DNA of 62,627 nt, counting the filler, from Gemmatimonadota bacterium (lineage in GTDB: Bacteria > 4572-55 > J002): assembly GCA_003697105.1 (NCBI GenBank). It is 4 parts of 4 records of this genome, joined end to end, with 100 filler letters (N's around TTAATTAATTAA, not from the genome) between each part and the next. Parts side by side here need not be neighbours in the genome. Positions count along the whole stretch, not along the records: positions 21,133 to 34,093 come from RFFQ01000107.1; positions 34,194 to 55,324 come from RFFQ01000108.1; 2 more parts are not named here. The stretch is one strand, 5' to 3'. Made by a program: the position numbers and the translations under genes. Of the stretch, positions 28,509 through 37,100 are shown one piece after another. Below the pieces are notes generated by a model. It had not been told where the DNA came from, did not search any database, and was given only the letters and a program-made list of their open reading frames with translations. Position 1 is the stretch's first letter, and each line of letters opens with the position of its first letter.

Positions 28509-29492
28509 ATGTCTTACGGAAAAGAGCGTCAAATTGCTATTGAAGCGGTATTGAACGCTTGCCGGTTATGCCAACGAGTCCAAGCGGATCTAGTTACGGC
28601 GGATACGATCACCAAAAAAGATAAATCACCGGTGACGATTGCGGATTTTGGAGCGCAAGCGATTGTCAATTTGAGTTTGATGGCGGCGTTTCCTGATGAC
28701 CCGATTGTAGGGGAAGAAGATGCGACGACGTTGCGGGAACAAGCCGACCTGCGGCAAAAGGTGGTTCACCACGTCCAGCAGATTCGACCCAATACGACCG
28801 AAGACCACATTTTAGATGCTATTGATTATGGTACGTATGCCGGCGGCGCTAACGGGCGCTTCTGGACAATTGACCCGATTGATGGAACAAAAGGATTTCT
28901 TCGGAAAGATCAATATGCGGTAGCGCTGGGGCTGGTTGAAAATGGTGACGTGGTGTTGGGGGTACTCGGCTGCCCCAATCTGCCGTTTGACCTTGCATCT
29001 CCCCATCGGGGAAAAGGTTGCCTGTTTGTTGCCGTAAAGGGACAAGGCACCGTGATGCGCCACTTAAGCGATGATACCGAGAGACCGGTACATGTCTCTG
29101 ATATTGATGATTCGCGGCAAGCGGCATTTTGTGAATCGGTGGAGTCGGCGCATTCCGATCAACAGGATTCGGCAAAAATTGCCCAACTCCTGCATATTGA
29201 TGTACCCCCGGTGCGCATTGATAGCCAGTGCAAATATGGAATCGTTGCGCGAGGTGAGGCGTCAATCTACTTGCGCTTGCCCACCCGCGCCGACTACCAA
29301 GAGAAAATTTGGGATCATGCCGCCGGATACCGCGTGGTCACGGAAGCGGGCGGGCAGGTGAGTGATGTGGATGGCAAACCACTGGATTTTTCGCACGGGC
29401 GAAAACTAACCCAAAATACCGGCGTGATTGTCACCAACGGACGTTTACACGACCGGGTAATTGCCGCCGTGAAACAGGTGTTGAACCGGTAG
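28509..29492 (+). CDS. 3'(2'),5'-bisphosphate nucleotidase, HAL2/Met22-like
   Basis: KDKSPVTIADFGAQA, VGEEDA, WTIDPIDGTKGFLR, DSQCKY, EKIWDHAAG motifs. Confidence 0.9.
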   Translation: MSYGKERQIAIEAVLNACRLCQRVQADLVTADTITKKDKSPVTIADFGAQAIVNLSLMAAFPDDPIVGEEDATTLREQADLRQKVVHHVQQIRPNTTEDHILDAIDYGTYAGGANGRFWTIDPIDGTKGFLRKDQYAVALGLVENGDVVLGVLGCPNLPFDLASPHRGKGCLFVAVKGQGTVMRHLSDDTERPVHVSDIDDSRQAAFCESVESAHSDQQDSAKIAQLLHIDVPPVRIDSQCKYGIVARGEASIYLRLPTRADYQEKIWDHAAGYRVVTEAGGQVSDVDGKPLDFSHGRKLTQNTGVIVTNGRLHDRVIAAVKQVLNR

Positions 29493-29504
29493 CGGAGATT
29501 GCGC

Positions 29505-30938
29505 ATGCGTCCGAATATGCAATTGCCAGAACGTGCCCCATGGCAACAGAATCTGCATGCGTTTTTTCAGCGACCCGCCGTTGAAATCACTGTTGGTGGA
29601 CTGATCTTGCTATCCGTCTTGTTGACGCTGATCGAGCTGGCAATCGATCCCACCTCCGACTATTTGCCGCTGTTGGTCCACTTGAACGATGCCATTACGT
29701 GGTTGTTTGTTGTTGAATTAACTCTGCGTTTTATCGGTTTTCCAAAAAAACGACGGTTTTTCCGTGCCTATTGGATCGATATTTTAGCCGTTTTACCGGT
29801 TCTGCGCATGTTTCGGATTTTTCGGGCGTTCCGGTTCCTGCGGTTACTACGCCTTTTACGGTTGGTGGGGTTATTCCGCCGGTATGCGACGGTGTTTCCT
29901 TACATTTTCCGACGGGGTGCGCTGGAATACGTCATCATTTTGGGGTTGATCTTTTTGACAATTCTCTTTGGGAGCAGTGCCTTGCTCACCTTTGAGACCA
30001 GTGCCGGTGGGCGATTTAATACGTTTGGTGATGCCTTTTGGTTCAGTATTTATTCGTTATTTGCAGGAGAGCCGATCCCGGGTCCGCCGCAGTCCGTAGG
30101 TGGACGGATTGTCGCGGTGGTGATCATGTTTATGGGGTTGACAACCTTTGCGATGCTTACCGGCACCGTTTCGGCATTCATGGTGGAGCGGCTCCGCACG
30201 GAGGGTCAAGTTGTGGAATGGGATGAATTTCAAAATCATACAATTATCTGCGGCTGGAATCGCCGGGCAGAAATTATCGTGCGAGAATATCAAGCGGCTA
30301 AAAAATCCATGGACCAGCCGCTCATTGTCATTTGCGAGTCGGATGGCGAACCCCTCTTTCAGGATGAGTCCATCCGCTCCCGGGTGCGCTTTATTTTTGA
30401 TGATTTTACCAAAGTCAATGTGTTGGAAAAAGCCGGTGTGTACCGCGCTCAAACCTGTATTATCCTCTCTGATTTAGGGTCGAACCGCACCGCCCAGGAT
30501 GCCGATGCCCGCACCATTTTAGCCGCATTAACCGTTGAACGACTCAATCCCGATATTTACACCTGCGCAGAACTCAATAATCGTGAATATGGGGCGCATC
30601 TGGAGATGGGGCATGTTAATGATTATGTGGTCAGTGGGGAACACAGTGGCTTTTTGTTGGCACAAGCGGCGCTCAATCGCGGATTGACTGAAATCGTGAC
30701 GGAATTGCTGACCTATGAACGGGGCAACCAATTTTATCGATTGGAAATTAGCGCCGAATGGGAGGGCAAAACCTTTTTTGATCTCTTTGTTTACATGAAA
30801 CAAACACACGATGCCATTTTGGTCGCTGTACAAGACCAACAGGGTTCGCTTCGCGTCAATCCGGGAGATTACACGTTTCAGGCACACGATAATATCATTG
30901 TGATTGCATCACAAGAAATTGTGTTCCCAACGGTCTAA
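29505..30938 (+). CDS. 6TM voltage-sensor ion channel with C-terminal RCK/TrkA domain
   Basis: S4 RMFRIFRAFRFLRLLRLLRL; pore helix DAFWFSIYSL; RCK motifs HTIICGWN and DADARTILAAL. Confidence 0.85.
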   Translation: MRPNMQLPERAPWQQNLHAFFQRPAVEITVGGLILLSVLLTLIELAIDPTSDYLPLLVHLNDAITWLFVVELTLRFIGFPKKRRFFRAYWIDILAVLPVLRMFRIFRAFRFLRLLRLLRLVGLFRRYATVFPYIFRRGALEYVIILGLIFLTILFGSSALLTFETSAGGRFNTFGDAFWFSIYSLFAGEPIPGPPQSVGGRIVAVVIMFMGLTTFAMLTGTVSAFMVERLRTEGQVVEWDEFQNHTIICGWNRRAEIIVREYQAAKKSMDQPLIVICESDGEPLFQDESIRSRVRFIFDDFTKVNVLEKAGVYRAQTCIILSDLGSNRTAQDADARTILAALTVERLNPDIYTCAELNNREYGAHLEMGHVNDYVVSGEHSGFLLAQAALNRGLTEIVTELLTYERGNQFYRLEISAEWEGKTFFDLFVYMKQTHDAILVAVQDQQGSLRVNPGDYTFQAHDNIIVIASQEIVFPTV

Positions 30939-30993
30939 TCTGATGGTTTCAGGAAAATCATAAACTCTGCTATCCATAAAGGAGGTTTGCCGC

Positions 30994-31761
30994 GTGAAAG
31001 ATCGGTGGCGTTTGGAAGGTAAAAAAGCAGTGGTTACCGGCGCTACGAAAGGTATCGGTCGAGCCATTGCTGAGGAATTTCTGGCATTAGGCGCCGAAGT
31101 GTTAATTCTGTCGCGACATCGTTCTGAGATTGATGCTCTGGTGGAAGAATGGCGTCTGGAGGGACATCATGTCTATGGATTAACCGCGGATGTCAGTCTG
31201 CCGGAGGATCGGGAACACGTGATGAAAACAATCTGGGCGTTGTGGAATAAATTGGATATTCTGGTCAATAATGTGGGTACGAATATTCGTAAACCTACTG
31301 TAGATTACACCCCGGCGGTGGTGGATTCAATTCTACAGACCAATTTAATCTCGACGTTTGAGTTGTGCCGGTTGTGTTATCCGTTACTTCAAGCGGCTCA
31401 GGCAGCGTCAATTGTCAATATTTCTTCGGTGGCAGGGATGAAGCATGTGCGGAGTGGCCCGCCGTACGCCATGACCAAAGCCGCCATAAATCAACTGACC
31501 CAAAATTTAGCGGTGGAATGGGCACTGGCTGGAATTCGGGTCAATGCGGTTGCGCCGTGGTACATCCGTACCCCACTCGCGGAACAAGTTCTTAAAAATC
31601 AGGCATATTTAGACGCGGTGCTGGACCAAACGCCCCTCAAGCGTATTGGCGAACCGGAAGAAGTTGCCGCCCTAGTCGCGTTTTTATGTATGCCGGCAGC
31701 CTCGTATATCACCGGTCAAGTGATTGCGGTAGATGGAGGATTTACAGTTTATGGCTTCTGA
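30994..31761 (+). CDS. Short-chain dehydrogenase, tropinone-reductase-like
   Basis: [30 protein letters not shown] motifs. Confidence 0.88.
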   Translation: MKDRWRLEGKKAVVTGATKGIGRAIAEEFLALGAEVLILSRHRSEIDALVEEWRLEGHHVYGLTADVSLPEDREHVMKTIWALWNKLDILVNNVGTNIRKPTVDYTPAVVDSILQTNLISTFELCRLCYPLLQAAQAASIVNISSVAGMKHVRSGPPYAMTKAAINQLTQNLAVEWALAGIRVNAVAPWYIRTPLAEQVLKNQAYLDAVLDQTPLKRIGEPEEVAALVAFLCMPAASYITGQVIAVDGGFTVYGF

Positions 31762-32524
31762 TTTTAATTTTACAAAAGCAATTGTCCGGACCCCTGCCCC
31801 TACCTTTGCGGCTGGTTTGACAACGGTCTCTTTGGGTACACCGGATTATGATCAAATGCTCGACCAACACCGGGCATATGTCCAAGCATTGCGTGATTTT
31901 GGCTTGAACGTGACAGTGCTGGACCCCCTGCCGGCGTTCCCAGATGCGCATTTTGTGGAAGATGTCGCCGTGATTGTACCGGAAGTCGCCGTGATTACAC
32001 GTCCCGGGGCGGCATCCCGCTTGGGGGAAGTAGAATACATCGAGCCGGTACTGCGCCCATACCGGACGCTGGCTTATATCCAAGCGCCCGGCACCTTAGA
32101 TGGTGGAGATGTGCTGGTTGTTGCAGATCAGGTCTTCGTCGGTCTTTCCAAACGGACGAATCAAGCGGGCGCCCAACAATTACTGGATATTTTGCGCCCG
32201 TACGGCTATCGCGGGGAACTGATTCCGATTCCAACCGGGTTGCATCTCAAAGCAAATGTTAATTATGTAGGGCAAAACACGTTACTTTTAACCGCCTCTT
32301 TTGCGGAACAGCAGGCGTTTGCTGGCTTCCGGCATCTTATCTTACCGGAAGAAGAAGCTTATGCGGCAAACACCCTGTTGATCAATGGCTATTTGCTCAC
32401 TCCGGCGGGGTTTCCTCAAACCCGTGCCCTTTTGCAATCCCTCAACATGCCTCTGTTACCGTTAGCCATGAGTGAAGCTCATAAGATGGATGGTGGCTTG
32501 ACCTGTCTCTCTCTTCGTTTTTAA
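31751..32524 (+). CDS. Dimethylarginine dimethylaminohydrolase family protein
   Basis: [30 protein letters not shown] catalytic motifs. Confidence 0.9.
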   Translation: MASDFNFTKAIVRTPAPTFAAGLTTVSLGTPDYDQMLDQHRAYVQALRDFGLNVTVLDPLPAFPDAHFVEDVAVIVPEVAVITRPGAASRLGEVEYIEPVLRPYRTLAYIQAPGTLDGGDVLVVADQVFVGLSKRTNQAGAQQLLDILRPYGYRGELIPIPTGLHLKANVNYVGQNTLLLTASFAEQQAFAGFRHLILPEEEAYAANTLLINGYLLTPAGFPQTRALLQSLNMPLLPLAMSEAHKMDGGLTCLSLRF

Positions 32525-32631
32525 TCCGCATGTGAGCCGATTATGTCATGGTAAACTGTGGTATGCTCGCTAGCCTTTAGCTTCTAACATCTCGCTTCTA
32601 TTCTCTAACTTTTAACTTGTGGAAGGGAACT

Positions 32632-33240
32632 ATGCTGAACGTAATTTGGTTGTTGCTCATTGTTTTGGCGGTCATTATGGGTGCGATCAATGGTACGACC
32701 ACTGAAGTGGTTACTGCCGTAACCGATTACGCTAAAATTGCTTTTGAACTGGCGTTAGGCTTAACCGGTGTGATGGCACTATGGCTCGGCTTGATGAAAG
32801 TAGCAGAAGAATCCGGTTTGGTAAATTTGCTCTCTCGTTTGATTCGTCCCATCATGAGCCGCCTTTTTCCCGATGTACCGGTAGATCATCCGGCGATGGG
32901 TTCGATGACACTCAATATTGCCGCCAACATGCTTGGCTTAAACAATGCCGCAACTCCGCTCGGATTGCGTGCCATGGATGACCTGGAAAAACTGAACCCG
33001 ACACCGGGTACCGCAACCAATGCCATGTGTACCTTTTTGGCGATCAATACATCGAGTGTCCAATTGATCCCGGCAACCGCCATTGCCTATTTGGCCGCCG
33101 GGGGTTCCACCCATCCGACCGAAATTATCACCACGACGTTAATCGCAACCTCCTTTTCTACGCTCGCCGGGATTGTTTCGGTGAAGTTTTTGGAGAAATT
33201 ACCACTGTTTCAGGTGCAACCCGTAGAGGAGGAGAACTGA
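32632..33240 (+). CDS. spmA: SpmA-like nucleoside-recognition (gate) membrane protein
   Basis: LWLGLMKVAE, ANMLGLNNAATPLG, FLAINTSSV motifs. Confidence 0.88.
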   Translation: MLNVIWLLLIVLAVIMGAINGTTTEVVTAVTDYAKIAFELALGLTGVMALWLGLMKVAEESGLVNLLSRLIRPIMSRLFPDVPVDHPAMGSMTLNIAANMLGLNNAATPLGLRAMDDLEKLNPTPGTATNAMCTFLAINTSSVQLIPATAIAYLAAGGSTHPTEIITTTLIATSFSTLAGIVSVKFLEKLPLFQVQPVEEEN

Positions 33241-33785
33241 TGGATTGGCAAGCATTAAGTAATGAGGTCTCCAATTGGCTGTTTTTAACGTTGGTTGCCG
33301 GAATACCCCTTTATAGGGCGATCCGTAAGGTGAAAGTGTATGAAACCTTTGTGGAAGGCGCCAAAGAGGGATTTCAGATTGCCGTGAAGATTATCCCGTA
33401 TCTCGTTGCCATTTTGGTGGCGATTGGCATGTTTCGCGCCTCGGGGGCAATTGACCAACTTTCGGCGCTGTTGGCTCCTGTGTTGGCGTGGATAGGTATG
33501 CCCCCGGAAACGCTTCCGCTGGCGATTATCCGTCCCTTGTCGGGGAGTGGGGCAAACGGCATTATGGCAGAACTCATCAATGAACACGGGGGCAATTCAT
33601 TTATTGCGCGGGTGGCGGCAACGATGGCGGGGAGTACGGAGACCACCTTTTACGTGTTAGCCGTTTATTTTGGGTCAGTCAATATTCGGAAAACGCGCCA
33701 TGCGGTGCCGGCAGGTCTGGTGGCGGATGCGGTTGGAATTTTAGCCGCGGTTTGGGTCTGTCGGATCATTTTCGGCGCTTCATAA
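33240..33785 (+). CDS. spmB: SpmB-like membrane protein
   Basis: VYETFVEGAKEG, RPLSGSGA, GSTETTFYVLAVYFGSV motifs; ATG overlaps the spmA stop. Confidence 0.88.
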   Translation: MDWQALSNEVSNWLFLTLVAGIPLYRAIRKVKVYETFVEGAKEGFQIAVKIIPYLVAILVAIGMFRASGAIDQLSALLAPVLAWIGMPPETLPLAIIRPLSGSGANGIMAELINEHGGNSFIARVAATMAGSTETTFYVLAVYFGSVNIRKTRHAVPAGLVADAVGILAAVWVCRIIFGAS

Positions 33786-33994
33786 TCTTATTTACATAAT
33801 TTTTAGTCGACATTCCGTACCTTTTGATAATGCTAATGTTACGAAATTTGGGGATCAAAAATTCAAAAAGCTAGCCTCAATATTATCAGCTACTTAAGTA
33901 TGGGGTGTGGAATGTCGGTTTTAACCCACCTTGAACAGGTCAGGCGTAAGTAACGGATAAAACGGAAGTTAATTTTTAGTTTTAAGACCCATAA

Positions 33995-34093
33995 CCTGAT
34001 TGACTGACAAAACTATTTCCGAATTTATTTGACAGTTAGGTGAAAAACGTAAGTGCGATGGTGATTTGTTTTCTTTTTCTACGTTTGACTTGC
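33995..34093. mobile_element. Putative IS terminus, copy 1 (99 bp, at contig end)
   Basis: Identical to 55226-55324; starts CCTGATTGACTGACAAAAC; flanks differ; the assembly breaks inside it. Confidence 0.65.
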
Positions 34094-34193
34094 NNNNNNN
34101 NNNNNNNNNNNNNNNNNNNNNNNNNNNNNNNNNNNNNTTAATTAATTAANNNNNNNNNNNNNNNNNNNNNNNNNNNNNNNNNNNNNNNNNNNN
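34094..34193. other. Artificial contig-joining spacer
   Basis: N-run, TTAATTAATTAA, N-run. Confidence 0.97.
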
Positions 34194-34194
34194 C

Positions 34195-37100
34195 TATGTT
34201 GATTTAGGTGGTGCTCCCGATCGTAATGGTTGTATCTATGCTGAGGCTCAGGGCCGGGAGGTTTGCATCAGTGATGGTGAAGGCGAAGGTACTATCACCA
34301 ATGACGATACGGCGCAGATCAGCATCAATGATACGACGGTGACGGAAGGTGACAGTGGTACCACGACGATGACCTTTACCGTGACGCTGAATGCGGCGGT
34401 AGATGTACCGGTGACGGTCTACTACGAAACGATGGACAGCACCGCCACTGCCGGTGCGGTTCGGTCTCCTGCTGGCGGTGATTACAATTATGCGACGGGC
34501 AGTGTCACCTTCCCAGCAAATTCGACGACGAACCAGACGATTAATGTGACGGTGGTTGGTGATGAAACGGTGGAAGATGATGAAGTCTTTCATCTCTGGC
34601 TGGCAACCGAGATGGCTGAGCGTTCCCTACGCGCCAGCAAGGGCAACGTCACAGCACGACGGGGCACGCTGCGGGATGTAGATGAATTCGCTCAGGGTCG
34701 GTCGGTAACTCTGGGAGACTCACTCGGACGAGGGGTGATTCTGAATGATGATACCATTTGGGTAACCATCAACGATGATACCAAGGACGAAGAAGATGCT
34801 GGTGATGAGACACTCGATTTTACCGTAACCCTAAGTGCCTCCCCACCAGAGGATGTGACCCTGTGGATCGCCACCGCCAACGGTACCAGTGCGGTCGGTA
34901 ACGCTACGGCAAATCTGGATTACGAGCCGATTGAAAGCCAGCAGATCACGTTCCCGGCAAATGGCGGCACCACGCAAACCTTCAACATCACTTTTATGAA
35001 CGATATTATTGTGGAATTGAACGAGTGGTTCAGCGTCAATTTGACCGGTATTCAGTACGGCGGAGAGACCGATTACAGCCGCGCGGCATTCCAAGACAGT
35101 GTCGGGATTGGGACGATTGTCGATAGCGATACCACCACCATCTGGATTGGGGATCGGGTGAGACCGGAAGGCAATCCGGGGGATGACAACTACATAGATT
35201 TTACGTTGCGCATCTCTCATCCGGTGGATGAAGACCTGACTATCGCCTTGACCACAAGCGACCTAGAGGCGCTGGATGGTATCGATTACGAAGGGGTGAC
35301 GGCGGCAGAACTGACCTTCCCCGGTACCGGTTTGGATGCCGACCGCTACCAGAGCTTTAACGTGGCGATCATCGAAGATGATTTGGTTGAAGATAACGAG
35401 CAGTTTCAAATCGATATCGGTAATGTTTTGTTTGCCGGACAGTCGCTAGGCTCGCGGTTGAAAGAAGAACGCACTTCCGCGCGGGGGACGATTCAGAATC
35501 AGGTGGAAGATGTGGCAACCGTGACGATCTCCGGTTTGACGCAGGCAGAAGGCAATAGCGATTCCACAGCGTTCAATCTGACCCTACGGATTGACCGTGA
35601 AATTGCAGATAGCGTTTCCGTGCCCGTCCTGACAGTCGATCAGAACTCGGCGACGCCGGGTGTAGATTATCGCCGGGTACAGCGGGAATATGTGACCTTT
35701 TATCCCCAAGGCAGTGATACCCAAACGATCACCGTCTATGTTTACGGCGATGAACTGGTGGAAACCGACGAGTATTTTGATGTGGCTTTAGGTAGTCCCG
35801 CGCTGTTTGGCGGTACACCAACCTACAATATTGTGGAATTGGATGAAACCCCCGCACGAGTGACGATCACCAATGATGATGTGGCGCAAGTTTCAATCAG
35901 TGATGCCGAAATCGCGGAAGGTAACAACGGTACGACGGCGCTAGTCTTCACGCTCACGCAGTCTGCAACGGTGGAATCAGACGTGACGGTTGTGGCGAAT
36001 ACCCAAGCAGGTACTGCCACACCAAACGTGGATTACACCCCTCTGACCGATCAGACGGTAAGGTTTACCCCGGGCAACCCGACCCAAACCCTGACCGTTC
36101 TGCTGGCTGGCGATATGACCGTTGAATTAGATGAGACCTTCACCGTAGAACTCAGTGATGTGCAAATTGGGGGTCAACCGAACGCCAATCAGGTTTCGAT
36201 TTTAGATGGTCAAGGCGTGGGTACCATTCTGAATGATGATGCCGCGACAGTGAGCATCAATAGTGTCAGCGGTGCAGAGGCATCGGGTTCATTGACGTTC
36301 ACGGTGACGTTAAGTCAGGCCGTGGATGTCCAGACACGCGTCGTGGCGAACACTGCGGATGGGACCGCAGAAGCCGGTACGGATTACACGGCGGTGACCT
36401 CCCGGAATGTGATTTTCACACCGGGCGGAGCCTTGAGCCAATCGGTCGCAGTGCCGCTGATTGATGATAATGTGGGTGAGGATAATGAGACCTTCACGGT
36501 AACATTAAGCGATCTGGAAGCGAGCAACCGGTCGGTGACAATTAGCGGGGCAACGGGTACCGGTACGATTGTGAATGATGATGCTCCAGATGCAGGACCG
36601 GAAGCGGAAAACGACGCCTACACCGCGGATGAAGATGTATTGTTGAGCGTAGCGGCACCGGGCGTCCTCTCTAATGATAGTGATGACAATGGCGATGTGC
36701 TAACCGCGCAACTCGTGAGTGATGTTTCGCACGGGACGTTGACCCTTAATGATGACGGATCGTTCACCTATCAGGGCGATACGAACTTCTTTGGAACAGA
36801 TAGTTTTACGTATCAGGCGTTTGATGGCACCCATCTTTCGGCGACGGCAACGGTGACCCTAACAGTGACGGCAGTGAATGATGTGCCGGAGTGGGCAATG
36901 ACCTTATCGGATACGACGTTTGAAGAAGATAGTTCCATCAGCTTTGATCTGAAGCCATATGTAACAGATGTAGAGTCTGATGTGGGTGATTTTAGTTGGA
37001 GCGTGATTGCCAGCGTAGCCTCTCGCACAGGAGGCGGTGGCGTTGTTGAGCTGAGCGCGGCGAAATCCGGCGGGTCGGCCCACCAAAAGGTGGAAGTCAT

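Noticed and set aside
32632-33785. Sporulation capacity from spmA/spmB
   Set aside because: These gate-domain membrane proteins are widespread in non-sporulating Gram-negative bacteria
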